59,420 nt of DNA from an uncultured Rhodospirillales bacterium (GTDB lineage: Bacteria; Pseudomonadota; Alphaproteobacteria; CAZCBM01): NCBI GenBank assembly GCA_964496805.1, contig CAZCBM010000001.1, forward strand, positions 1-59,420, written 5' to 3'. Shown here piece by piece: positions 1-9,647 of this stretch (its first letter is position 1; each line of letters begins with the position of its first letter). Under the pieces are notes generated by a model. That model saw nothing but the letters and a program-made list of their open reading frames with translations. It had not been told where the DNA came from and did no database searches. The translations under genes were made by a program, and so were the position numbers.

Positions 1-204
1 TGGCAGCGGCTTCAGTACCCTTTTCGGGTCGGTTGGCTCCTTTCGGGGTGGGTTTGCCCGGCGGGTGCCCTATCCTGGTCTGGTCCGCCGTTGCTGGGAG
101 ATGATCCCCTGCAAAAGGGACATGACGAGGCGGGTCGTCTTCGGCTAAAGGGGCGGGATCAGCACGCGCTGTTCCTGCCCCCTGCACCCCCCGGAGCCGC
201 CCCC

Positions 205-1701
205 ATGGCCGCCAAGACTGCTGTCACCCCCACCCGCGCTGACGATTATCCCGGCTGGTACCAGGCGGTCATCCGCGCTGCCGACATGGCGGAGAATGCG
301 CCCGTGCGGGGGTGCATGACCATAAAGCCCTGGGGCTACGGCATTTGGGAGCGGGTGCGGGATGAGCTGGATCAGCGCATCAAGGACACGGGCCACGACA
401 ACTGCTATTTCCCGCTGTTTATCCCCATGCGCTTCATCAAGAAGGAAGCCGAGCATGTGGAGGGCTTTGCCAAGGAAATGGCCGTGGTCACCCACCACCG
501 CCTCTCCAACGTTGATGGCGAACTGACCCTGGATGGCGAACTGGAAGAGCCGCTGATCGTCCGGCCCACGTCGGAGACCATCATCGGCGAGGCGATGGCC
601 GACTGGATCCGCAGCTATCGCGACCTGCCCTTGCTGCTGAACCAATGGGCCAATGTGGTTCGGTGGGAGATGCGGCCGCGCATCTTCCTGCGCACCTCCG
701 AGTTTCTGTGGCAGGAGGGGCATACTGCCCATGCCACCGATGAAGAGGCCATGGCGGAGACCGAACAGAACCTGGAGACCTACCGCCAAGTGGTGGAAGA
801 TCTGATGGCGATCCCGGTGATCCGCGGGCGTAAGTCGGAGTCTGAGCGCTTCCCCGGCGCCAAGGAGACCCTAACCATCGAGGCCATGATGCAGGATGGC
901 AAGGCGCTGCAGGCGGGCACCAGTCACCATCTGGGACAGAGTTTCGCCAAGGCCGCCAACATCCGCTACCAGGATAAGGATGGCGGCCTTCAGCATGTCT
1001 GGACCACCAGTTTCGGGGCCTCGACGCGCCTGATTGGCGCGCTGATCATGACCCACGGCGATGACAACGGGCTGCAGTTGCCGCCGCGTATTGCCCCAAC
1101 TCAAGTGGTGATCGTCCCTGTGCTGCGGGGGGATGAGGGTGATGCCCCGGTGCTGGAGGCCTGCCAGAGCTTGGCCGGGCAGCTTCGCGCCGTTGCGTAT
1201 GAGGACCAGAAGGTCCGGGTCAAGGTGGACGCCCGCGATATGCCAGGGCCGGACAAACGCTGGGAGTGGATCAAGAAAGGTGTGCCGCTGCTGGTGGAGA
1301 TCGGCCCGCGGGACATCGAGAAGGGCGGCTGCGCTGTCATCCGTCGCGACCAGTTGGATGCCAAGAAGACCTTCCCCCCGATCAGTGCCTTGGTGGAGGG
1401 TGTTGCGGGCCTTTTGGCAGAGATCCAGGACGGGCTTTTTGCCCGCGCTCTGGCCTACCGTGACAGCATGTTGCGCACCGATGTCACCGACTGGGAGAGC
1501 TTCAAGGCCCATTTCGAGGGCGAGGGTACGGGTTTCGTGCGTGCGTCCTGGTGCAACACACTGGAGAGCGAAACGCGCTTGAAGGAGCTTGGCGTCACCG
1601 TTCGCTGCCTCCCCCTGGATCAGGGAGATCTCACTGGCAAGGCTTGCGTCCTGACCGGCGCGCCGGCGGCGGTGGAAGCGGTGTTCGCCAAAGCATACTG
1701 A
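205..1701 (+). CDS. proS: prolyl-tRNA synthetase, archaeal/eukaryote-like architecture
   Basis: Lies in ORF 91..1701. Start moved to ATG 205 (MAAKTAVTPTRADDYPGWY...). Class II aaRS/ProRS pattern (CYFPLFIP, RPTSET, FLWQEGHTAH). No INS editing insertion. C-terminal end ...VFAKAY. Confidence 0.9.
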   Translation: MAAKTAVTPTRADDYPGWYQAVIRAADMAENAPVRGCMTIKPWGYGIWERVRDELDQRIKDTGHDNCYFPLFIPMRFIKKEAEHVEGFAKEMAVVTHHRLSNVDGELTLDGELEEPLIVRPTSETIIGEAMADWIRSYRDLPLLLNQWANVVRWEMRPRIFLRTSEFLWQEGHTAHATDEEAMAETEQNLETYRQVVEDLMAIPVIRGRKSESERFPGAKETLTIEAMMQDGKALQAGTSHHLGQSFAKAANIRYQDKDGGLQHVWTTSFGASTRLIGALIMTHGDDNGLQLPPRIAPTQVVIVPVLRGDEGDAPVLEACQSLAGQLRAVAYEDQKVRVKVDARDMPGPDKRWEWIKKGVPLLVEIGPRDIEKGGCAVIRRDQLDAKKTFPPISALVEGVAGLLAEIQDGLFARALAYRDSMLRTDVTDWESFKAHFEGEGTGFVRASWCNTLESETRLKELGVTVRCLPLDQGDLTGKACVLTGAPAAVEAVFAKAY

Positions 1702-1868
1702 GGCGATCACCCTGTCGCTGTGGCGGCCCCTGCGAGGGCCGTCAAGGAGAGCCGTGAAGCGTGCAACACTGATGACTTCTGAAGCGGTGGTGGGTTTCGC
1801 CGAAGGCACCCCCCAACCGCTTCCGGAGGATACGATCACACTGAACGGAGAGCCGCTCTCCCCCACCC

Positions 1869-3110
1869 TTAGCGCTCACGGATCCAAATCACCATGCGGC
1901 TGACTTGGGAGGCGCTGGCGTTGGCGTTGCGGTACCAACTGCCAACGAAATTGTTGTTCCTGTGGAACATGCTGTTCTGCCAACAGTTGGTGTACCACCA
2001 ACCGCCGTTGTAGCTGACATTGTTCCGCGCACAATTGCTGGACCACGTGTCATTGTCTCGGTCCCATGTGGTGAACGCCTGCCCGCGAATATCGTTACTG
2101 GTGCAGCTGCTGTAGGAATTCCGCAGGATCCAGCTGCTGCCGCAGCCGCCCCAACTGATCGCATAGGTGCTGCCTGAGATACTGAAATCCGTGTGGCTGA
2201 GATCAGGGTCGCCGTTGCCGCCCTGGTTGTCGATAAAGAAGTCGTTTTGGCTGTAGGTGCTGGTAAAGGCGGACCATGCCCCCAGGGGCATCCAATAAAA
2301 CCCAGTGGAAGGCGACGGGGTGCCATAGCCGTTCTGGGTGTACATGTCCCACCCGCCAGCGGCCACGGTCGTCCCGTCTGTCGCCGTCACGGTTGCGCTG
2401 CCATCGCCGCCCACCGCCAGCTTTTCAGAACTGGACATTCCGGTGGCCGACGTTGCCAGCAGCATCCAGCCACCCCCATCGCGGGATTGGTCACAATAAA
2501 CCTCCAGCGGCCCAAAACCGAAATCCACGGTATAGGTACCGCTGCCGGTCTGGCCACTGTCCAACAGGGCCTTGCAACTGGTGGCGGTGGTGACGCTGAC
2601 GGAAACGGTTGCGGTGTCTGATCGGCCGTCCGCCCCTTGAACGGTATAGCTAAACTGGACCCCACTGGCGGCCGAAGGAGTGACCTGGATGGCCGAACCG
2701 CCCAGGCTGACACTGGTGCCAACGGCGCCGCCAACCCCGGTTATGCGCAACCCCTCGCCGTCATCATTTGATAGAAGGTCCTCTAGCGGAACGCTGAGGA
2801 TGGCCCCCAATTGGATGGGGCCAACCGTGTCATCGCTGGCGCGCGTGGCCTCAAAGTCGGGGGCAGGGGTTGCCCTGGTGCCGTCCAGGGTGCTGGCAAC
2901 ACCGGTGAACAGCTCAGTCGTGCTTTCACCAACTCTATTTACGGCCGTCAGGGCCCCCAAGGCGATCAGACCAACCCCCAAGGCATAGGTCAGCGCCGTG
3001 GCGCCCCGACGCCTGCCGTTGCTTGAATGCATGTCCTGGCCCAAAGCACTCACCCCTGCCTGCGGATACCCATGGGCGGAAGGTGTGACCCCCTCAGCAG
3101 AGGCTGTCAA
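1869..3110 (-). CDS. secreted/pilin-like protein: Flp-type N-terminus, cadherin-like module and fibrinogen-related C-terminal domain
   Basis: N-terminus RRRGATALTYALGVGLIALGALTAV is collinear with the Flp pilin leader plus helix. Middle region has LLSNDDGEGLRITGV...FSYTVQGADGRSDTATVSVSV. C-terminus has LEVYCDQSRDGGGW and FTTWDRDNDTWSSNCA...NGGWWYTNCW. Alternative start at ATG 3032 (MHSSNGRRRG). Confidence 0.75.
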   Translation of the reverse strand: MTASAEGVTPSAHGYPQAGVSALGQDMHSSNGRRRGATALTYALGVGLIALGALTAVNRVGESTTELFTGVASTLDGTRATPAPDFEATRASDDTVGPIQLGAILSVPLEDLLSNDDGEGLRITGVGGAVGTSVSLGGSAIQVTPSAASGVQFSYTVQGADGRSDTATVSVSVTTATSCKALLDSGQTGSGTYTVDFGFGPLEVYCDQSRDGGGWMLLATSATGMSSSEKLAVGGDGSATVTATDGTTVAAGGWDMYTQNGYGTPSPSTGFYWMPLGAWSAFTSTYSQNDFFIDNQGGNGDPDLSHTDFSISGSTYAISWGGCGSSWILRNSYSSCTSNDIRGQAFTTWDRDNDTWSSNCARNNVSYNGGWWYTNCWQNSMFHRNNNFVGSWYRNANASASQVSRMVIWIRER

Positions 3111-3122
3111 GGAGCGGACCGA

Positions 3123-4331
3123 TCAGGCGGCAGCGGTCGCGGCTCCGGCACCCAGGACCCCAAGCGTGTAGCGCGCAATCATCCGCTCCTCGTCCGTGGG
3201 CAGGACGAACACCCGCACGCGGGAACGATCCGAGCTGATGACAGTCGCATGGGTTTGGTTGCGGTGAGTGTCTAGCTCCACCCCCAACCATCCGGCGTCA
3301 GTCAACACCCGCTCGCGAATGCGCGCGGCGTGCTCGCCAATGCCACCGGTAAAGACGATGGCATCGAGCCCCGCCAGGACGGCCGCCAGCGCACCCAACT
3401 CCCGTCGCACACGGAAGACGAAATAGTCGATGGCTCGGGCTGCGTTGGGATCATCGCTGGCCTCCAGGGTACGCATGTCGGCGGCGATCCCGCTCATACC
3501 CTTGAGCCCACTGTCCTTGTAGATCAGGTCGGTGACGTCCCCGACACTCATGCCCTTCTGTTCCATCAGATAGAGCAGCACACCAGGGTCGATCTGGCCA
3601 CAGCGGGTGCCCATGGGCAGCCCATCGACGGCGGTGAAGCCCATGGTGGAGCCCACCGATTGCCCATCTTGCATGGCACACATGCTGGCCCCGTTCCCCA
3701 AATGCGCCACCACCACCCGCCCGGCGGCATGGTGAGGGGCGATCTGGCGCAAGCGGCGGGAGATGTAGTCGTAGCTTAGCCCATGGAACCCGTAGCGCCG
3801 CACCCCCTGTTCATAGAAACGGGGAGGAAGCGCGAAGGTGTCATTCACCCAGGGGTGATGGCGATGGAAGGCGGTGTCAAAGCAGGCGACATTGACGGCC
3901 TGCGGAAAGGCTGCCTGGGCGCCGCGGATGCCGGCCAGATTGTGAGGCTGATGCAGCGGCGCCAGGGGAACGAAGGTCTCCAGCGTCTCCAGCACGGCTG
4001 GGGTGATGGCCACGGGCTCCGCAAAGTCCGGGCCGCCATGCACCACCCGATGACCCACCGCCGTGACATCCAGGTCCGCTTGCGCGCCCTGCAGGGCGGT
4101 CAGGGTCTGGGCCAGAGCCTCCCCATGGGCGGTCTCTTCCGCGCTGGGTTGGGTCAGTCGCTGATCCACCACCTTCTCGCCACGCGGGGTCCGGAGCGTC
4201 AACTGCGGATCGGTCCGCACCCGGTCCACCTGACCGCTGAGGCGCTCGATCAACCCATCTTCGGCGCCCCCACGCTCAAAGACGCCGATCTTCAGGCTGG
4301 AGGAGCCCGCATTCAGGGTCAGCAGCGTCAT
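3123..4331 (-). CDS. ackA: acetate kinase
   Basis: MTLLTLNAGSSSLKIGVFE N-terminus and full-length acetate/propionate kinase pattern. ATGA overlap with the upstream pta stop codon. Confidence 0.9.
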   Translation of the reverse strand: MTLLTLNAGSSSLKIGVFERGGAEDGLIERLSGQVDRVRTDPQLTLRTPRGEKVVDQRLTQPSAEETAHGEALAQTLTALQGAQADLDVTAVGHRVVHGGPDFAEPVAITPAVLETLETFVPLAPLHQPHNLAGIRGAQAAFPQAVNVACFDTAFHRHHPWVNDTFALPPRFYEQGVRRYGFHGLSYDYISRRLRQIAPHHAAGRVVVAHLGNGASMCAMQDGQSVGSTMGFTAVDGLPMGTRCGQIDPGVLLYLMEQKGMSVGDVTDLIYKDSGLKGMSGIAADMRTLEASDDPNAARAIDYFVFRVRRELGALAAVLAGLDAIVFTGGIGEHAARIRERVLTDAGWLGVELDTHRNQTHATVISSDRSRVRVFVLPTDEERMIARYTLGVLGAGAATAAA

Positions 4332-5791
4332 TGCGCTGCCTCCTTGTGGACAGCCTCACTGGCCTCTGCCAGGGCCGTCACGCGGCTGGTGCCGGTTTCT
4401 TTGTAGTGCTGAGACAAGACCGCCAAAGCGCAGGAAATGATCCGCGCCCGGGCGTCGTCGGCCCGGCTGGTGAGCATGATGGGCACCTTCGCGCCCATGC
4501 ACAGGCCGGCGGCGTTGGCGTGGGCGATGTAGATCAACTCTTTGGCCAGCATGTTGCCCGCCTCCAGGTTGGGGCAGATCAACACATCGGCACGGCCGGC
4601 CACCAAGCTGCGGATGCCCTTGGTCCGGGCGGCTTCCACATCCACGGCGTTGTCGATGGCAAGCGGGCCATCCACCAGACCGCCCTTGATCTGGCCCCGG
4701 TCCGCCATTTTGCTGAGCACGGCCGCATCCAGGGTGGACGGAATCGCCGGCACCACCGTCTCGACAGCGGACAGGATCCCCACCTTTGGCTCTGGCATGC
4801 CCAGCGCATGGGCTAAGTCGATGGCGTTCTGGGTGATATCCACCTTGGTTTGCAGGTCGGGCGCGATGTTGATGGCCGCGTCGGAAATCAGGGTGAGGCT
4901 GTCCCGACCCGGGACTTCCAGGACGAACACGTGGGACAGACGGCGACCGGTGCGCAGGCCGTGGCTGCGATCCAGCACCGCGCTCAGCAGTTCATCGGTG
5001 TGCAGATGCCCCTTGGAAATCGCCTGCACCTCCCCCGCACCGGCCATGCGGGCGGCACAGACGGCAGCATCATGGGGGTCATCGCCGGTGTCGATGACCT
5101 CGCGTCCCTCAAGGGTCACGTCCACCTCTGCCGCGGCCTGCTCGATGCGCTGACGGTTGCCGATCAGCACGGGTTCAATCAGGCCGGCTTTGGTGGCGGC
5201 GATGGCGGCGGCCATGGGGTCTGCTTTTTCAGGGCAGACGATGGCGGTTCGCATCGGCGGCAGGTCCTCACAGGCCGCCATGAGCCGATCGAACAGGGCG
5301 TGCCCACTGACCAGCAGGCCAGGTAGGTCGCTGGTGGGGCGCTCCATACGCACCGAAGGGGGTTTGACCGTCGCGGTCCCCGTGGCCAGGGTCTCGCCGG
5401 CGCCATTGATCAGGCTGAGGGCGAAGAACACATGGCTCGGCGCGTCCTTGGCCGTAACTTCCACCCGCACCGTGAGGGTATCGCCCACCTGCGCGTGGGC
5501 CAGGAAGCTGATCTCCTGCGCCAGCAACTCACTGCCAGCACCGGGGAGGATCATCCCGAACACCGCACTGAACAGGCTGGCAGCCCAGGCGTTTGGAACC
5601 ACGGCTTCCGGCTGGCCGTCGCCATCACCATCGCTGTCTGGCAGGGTCAAGGGGTTCCGGTTGCCGCTGGCGTGGGCGAACACGATCAAGTCGGTTTCGT
5701 TCACACGGCGGCGGATCTCCGCCGTTTGCCCGACGCTGATATCGTCGAACAGATGGTTGCGTCCCAGTGTCTCGATGCTCATTTCGCCCAC
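4328..5791 (-). CDS. pta: phosphate acetyltransferase with N-terminal MaoC-like hot-dog domain
   Basis: N-terminal ~140 aa are MaoC dehydratase-like (VGQTAEIRRRVNETDLIVFAHASGNRNP). The C-terminal ~320 aa show the PTA/PTB pattern (ISKGHLHTDELL, DAAINIAP, ADVLICPNLEAGN). Confidence 0.85.
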   Translation of the reverse strand: MGEMSIETLGRNHLFDDISVGQTAEIRRRVNETDLIVFAHASGNRNPLTLPDSDGDGDGQPEAVVPNAWAASLFSAVFGMILPGAGSELLAQEISFLAHAQVGDTLTVRVEVTAKDAPSHVFFALSLINGAGETLATGTATVKPPSVRMERPTSDLPGLLVSGHALFDRLMAACEDLPPMRTAIVCPEKADPMAAAIAATKAGLIEPVLIGNRQRIEQAAAEVDVTLEGREVIDTGDDPHDAAVCAARMAGAGEVQAISKGHLHTDELLSAVLDRSHGLRTGRRLSHVFVLEVPGRDSLTLISDAAINIAPDLQTKVDITQNAIDLAHALGMPEPKVGILSAVETVVPAIPSTLDAAVLSKMADRGQIKGGLVDGPLAIDNAVDVEAARTKGIRSLVAGRADVLICPNLEAGNMLAKELIYIAHANAAGLCMGAKVPIMLTSRADDARARIISCALAVLSQHYKETGTSRVTALAEASEAVHKEAAQ

Positions 5792-5800
5792 TCCTCTGGC

Positions 5801-6568
5801 TCACGCCATGATGTTCTGACCGCCATCAATGTAGACGAGGCTGCCTGTTACATTTCTTGCGTGATCACTGGCCAGGAACGCGGCATAGGCGCCCACGTCT
5901 TTTGGTGTGGCAAGATGATGGGTTGGGGCTTCGGCGGCGGCGGCGGCCAACAACTCGTCGAAGTGATCGATGCCGCTGGCTGCCCGGGTGGCCATCGGGC
6001 CAGGCGATAGGGTGTGAATGCGGATGCCCTGCGGCCCCAACTCATGGGCCAAGTAGCGCGTGGTGCTCTCCAACGCTGCCTTTACCGGTCCCATCATGTT
6101 GTAGTGCTCCACCACCTTGATGGACCCATAGTAGCTGACGGTCAGGCAGGTGCCGCCGTCGGGTTGCATCAAGGGTTCGGCATGGCGGACCATCCGCACG
6201 AAGCTGTGGCAACTGATGTCCATGGCCTGAGCAAACCCGGCGGCGGAGCTGTCCACGACCCTGCCATGCAGGTCTTCCTTGGTCGCAAAAGCAATGGCGT
6301 GGAGACAGATGTCCAGGCGTCCATAAGTGTCCCGGATGGCCTTGAACACGGTGTCCATCTGATCGTCCTGGCTGACATCCAGCGGCAGGAACAGCTCAGC
6401 ACCCAACTCCTCTGCCAGGGGGCGAACCCACTTTTCCGCTTTGGCGTTGAGATAGGTGACGACCACCGTCGCACCGGCATCCCGAAATGCCCTGGCGCAG
6501 CCATAGGCGATGGAGTGGTCGTTGGCGATGCCCACCACCAGGGCGATCTTTCCAGTCAGGTCGATCAT
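5801..6568 (-). CDS. fabI: enoyl-ACP reductase (NADH)
   Basis: Start moved to ATG 6568 (MIDLTGKIALVVGIANDHSIAYGCA). Short-chain dehydrogenase FabI pattern (SYYGSIKVVEHYNMMGPVKAALE). Confidence 0.85.
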   Translation of the reverse strand: MIDLTGKIALVVGIANDHSIAYGCARAFRDAGATVVVTYLNAKAEKWVRPLAEELGAELFLPLDVSQDDQMDTVFKAIRDTYGRLDICLHAIAFATKEDLHGRVVDSSAAGFAQAMDISCHSFVRMVRHAEPLMQPDGGTCLTVSYYGSIKVVEHYNMMGPVKAALESTTRYLAHELGPQGIRIHTLSPGPMATRAASGIDHFDELLAAAAAEAPTHHLATPKDVGAYAAFLASDHARNVTGSLVYIDGGQNIMA

Positions 6569-6813
6569 GCCGCGTGCTCCTCCTGCTCCAGCACTACCCA
6601 CCGCGCAGGACCAAAAAGGGGGCGCGGTCTGCATAAGAGAAGGCTATATTGCAACGCAGCATCCCGCAAGCACGCTGCTCAAGGATGCGGCAATGCGTTC
6701 CGGTGGGTGAGCAGCCATGTCGTCAGGCGGATGATTCCATTCGCAGCACGGAGGGATCCCCATGGCAGGCTGGCTGGGCGCGTCCCCCCCCACGTTCAAA
6801 GCGGCTGTACACA

Positions 6814-6845
6814 GAAAAAATCCCCCACCCGACATCGGGTGGGGG
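6814..6845 (-). terminator. rho-independent terminator downstream of acs
   Basis: On the minus strand, a 10-bp stem CCCCCACCCG/CGGGTGGGGG (6822-6831 / 6836-6845) with a 4-nt loop is followed by a U-run (plus-strand AAAAAAT at 6815-6821). Confidence 0.6.
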
Positions 6846-6910
6846 AGGGGGGCAGCAGATAAGCCCACCGCGCCGGAGACCTGCAAGGGCCTCCAGCCCG
6901 GAGCGATGGA

Positions 6911-8866
6911 TCAGGCGGCGTCCTTGTTGCCGCGGTTCTCAATCAAATCATGAACCACGCTGGGGTCAGCCAAGGTGGAGATGTCGCCCAGGCTGTCATG
7001 TTCATTGTGGGCGATCTTGCGCAGGATGCGGCGCATGATCTTGCCGCTGCGGGTCTTGGGCAAGCCCGGAGCGAACTGGATGATGTCAGGGCTGGCGATG
7101 GGGCCAATCTCCTGCCGCACCCACTTCACCAGGGCTTTGCGCAATTCTTCCGACGGCTCGGACCCATCCATCAGGGTGACATAGGCATAGATGCCCTGGC
7201 CCTTGATGTCGTGGGGGTAGCCCACGACCGCCGCTTCAGAGACGGCATCGTGGGCCACCAGCGCACTTTCCACCTCAGCGGTGCCCATGCGGTGACCGGA
7301 GACGTTGATCACGTCATCCACGCGCCCGGTGATCCAGTAATAGCCGTCCTCATCGCGGCGGCAGCCGTCGCCTGTGAAGTAATAGCCTTTGTAGTTGGAG
7401 AAATAGGTGTGAACGAAGCGCTCATGGTCGCCATAGACCGTCCGGCTTTGTCCGGGCCAACTGTCGGCAATACACAGGATGCCTTCGGTGGCTCCATCCT
7501 GGATTTTGCCGTCATTGTCCATGACCACCGGCTGAACGCCGAAGAAGGGGCGGGTGGCACTGCCGGGCTTGAGGCCCGTCGCGCCGGGCAGGGGGGCGAT
7601 CAGGATGCCGCCAGTTTCTGTCTGCCACCAGGTATCCACGATGGGGCAGCGACCATCGCCCACCACTTCATGGTACCACATCCAGGCCTCAGGATTGATC
7701 GGCTCCCCGACGCTGCCGAGGACCCGCAGGCTCTTGCGGCTGGTCTTGGTGACATAGTCGTTCCCGTGCTGCATCAGGGCACGGATGGCGGTGGGGGCCG
7801 TGTAGAAGATGTTGACGTGATGCTTGTCCACGACCTGCCAGAAGCGGCTGTGATCCGGGAAGTTGGGCACGCCCTCAAACATCAGGGTGGTGGCGCCATT
7901 GGCCAACGGCCCATAGACAATGTAGCTATGGCCGGTGACCCATCCCACGTCAGCAGTGCACCAGTAGACATCGCCCTCGCGGTAGTCGAACACATATTGG
8001 TGGGTCATGGCGGCATAGACCAAGTAGCCGCCGCTGCAATGGACAACACCCTTGGGCTTGCCGGTGGACCCAGAGGTATAGAGGATGAATAGCGGGTCTT
8101 CCGCCATCATCGGCTCCGGTGCGCAATGGTTGGATACTGCGGCCATGGCGTCATGATACCAGACGTCGCGACCCTTCACCCAATTCACCGCACCACCGGT
8201 GTGCTTGACCACGATGACGCTGGTCACGTGGCTGTATTCCTTCAGCGCGTCGTCCACATTGGCTTTCAGGTGGACATGGCGCCCGCCGCGCAGGCCCTCA
8301 TCGGCGGTGATGACGCACTTGGCGTCACAGTCAGTGATGCGCTGGTGCAGGCTGTCCGGGCTGAAGCCAGCGAAAACAATGGAGTGGATCGCCCCAATGC
8401 GTGCACAGGCCAGCATCGCATAAGCGGCCTCAGGGATCATCGGCAGATAGAGGACCACGCGGTCACCACGACCAACGCCGTTCACCTTCAGCACGTTGGC
8501 CAGGCGGGACACCCGGTCATGCAGTTGGCTGTAGGTGATGTGGCGGGCTTTGGTGGTGGTGGGGTCATCCGGCTCCCAAATGATGGCGGTTTGATCGCCG
8601 CGGGTCGCCAGATGGCGATCAACACAATTGGCAGCAACGTTAAGCTCACCGTCTTCAAACCAGTGAATCTGGACATTGCCGTCAAACTCGGTGTTCTTGA
8701 CCTTGGTATAGGGCTTCATCCAGTCCAGGCGCTTGCCGTGTTCGCCCCAAAAGGCTTCCGGGTCTTCCACCGATTGCTTGTACCACGCCTCATAGGTGGC
8801 TTCGTCGATGTGCGCCCCCTGGGCGGCACTGGGATCAACCGGGAAGAAGTGCGGATCGTAAGTCAT
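6911..8866 (-). CDS. acs: acetyl-CoA synthetase
   Basis: 651 aa. Starts [10 protein letters not shown]...[28 protein letters not shown]-binding motif [11 protein letters not shown]. Ends [17 protein letters not shown]. Confidence 0.95.
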   Translation of the reverse strand: MTYDPHFFPVDPSAAQGAHIDEATYEAWYKQSVEDPEAFWGEHGKRLDWMKPYTKVKNTEFDGNVQIHWFEDGELNVAANCVDRHLATRGDQTAIIWEPDDPTTTKARHITYSQLHDRVSRLANVLKVNGVGRGDRVVLYLPMIPEAAYAMLACARIGAIHSIVFAGFSPDSLHQRITDCDAKCVITADEGLRGGRHVHLKANVDDALKEYSHVTSVIVVKHTGGAVNWVKGRDVWYHDAMAAVSNHCAPEPMMAEDPLFILYTSGSTGKPKGVVHCSGGYLVYAAMTHQYVFDYREGDVYWCTADVGWVTGHSYIVYGPLANGATTLMFEGVPNFPDHSRFWQVVDKHHVNIFYTAPTAIRALMQHGNDYVTKTSRKSLRVLGSVGEPINPEAWMWYHEVVGDGRCPIVDTWWQTETGGILIAPLPGATGLKPGSATRPFFGVQPVVMDNDGKIQDGATEGILCIADSWPGQSRTVYGDHERFVHTYFSNYKGYYFTGDGCRRDEDGYYWITGRVDDVINVSGHRMGTAEVESALVAHDAVSEAAVVGYPHDIKGQGIYAYVTLMDGSEPSEELRKALVKWVRQEIGPIASPDIIQFAPGLPKTRSGKIMRRILRKIAHNEHDSLGDISTLADPSVVHDLIENRGNKDAA

Positions 8867-9174
8867 GGGCGTTGCCTCACCACTGTGGACCGTCTGCAGC
8901 TCTGTGCCGAGCCTTTGACGGATGGATTACCGGACGAACGATACTGTCGTCGGCAGGGTTTTCTTGATTGTTGGGGCCATCGACTGCCCCGTCGGGTAGG
9001 GCTGTCGACAAAAGGCATCACGGCGCTGCGCTGCCGTTCCACCATCGGTTTACAAGCTATCGCTTAACCGCTTCGACCCTCAAGAGTAACCGGCTGTTAA
9101 GTCGCGGTGCGCCAAGCTGGCCCGAAGAATTGTCACAGGGTGCCCTAAGGGGTGCTGTTGATCGGGAGTAGTGA

Positions 9175-9450
9175 GTGATGGCGTGGCGCGAGGATCTGCA
9201 TGGGTTGGGCAATGCCCGGGACGTGGCGCGGGTGGACGAGCGGGCACCGGCCGATCTCAGCCCCCGGGAGGCGATTGAGGCCAGCGATACCGTCTCGTTG
9301 GCCGCATTGAACGACCTGCTGCTGGAGGCCGGTGACTTCCACGGCAGCGATCACAAGGCCATGGTGGCTGCCAGCGCCCGTCTGCAGGACACCGCCGCTG
9401 ATTTGGCCCGCATGATGGCCACGCTGGAGGCGCAGGCAGCCGCGCTGTAG
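9175..9450 (+). CDS. hypothetical small protein (91 aa)
   Basis: GGGAG lies 8 nt upstream of ATGATG. Third codon positions are strongly G/C, like neighbouring genes. No recognisable domain. Confidence 0.4.
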   Translation: MMAWREDLHGLGNARDVARVDERAPADLSPREAIEASDTVSLAALNDLLLEAGDFHGSDHKAMVAASARLQDTAADLARMMATLEAQAAAL

Positions 9451-9527
9451 GCCGTCTGCGCTTTCCAAGGGGCGCTGAGCGCGGGGGATGGTTCGCTGTT
9501 TGCGCGCCTACAGGTCGTGCGACCGGA

Positions 9528-9551
9528 CGATCGGAGCGAAAGCTCCGGTCG
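9528..9551. terminator. stable GNRA-loop hairpin between convergent genes (possible terminator, no U-tract)
   Basis: CGATCGGAGC-GAAA-GCTCCGGTCG forms a 10-bp stem with one G-U pair. It lies between the 3' ends of ORF 9175..9450 and htpG. Confidence 0.25.
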
Positions 9552-9647
9552 TATCCACAGCCCACCATCATGGGCAGCAACGCCGGCAGAGCCCTGTTCG
9601 CCTGGCTTGGGCGGGATCGCCAAGGCCATGGATTGTTCTAGCCACGC

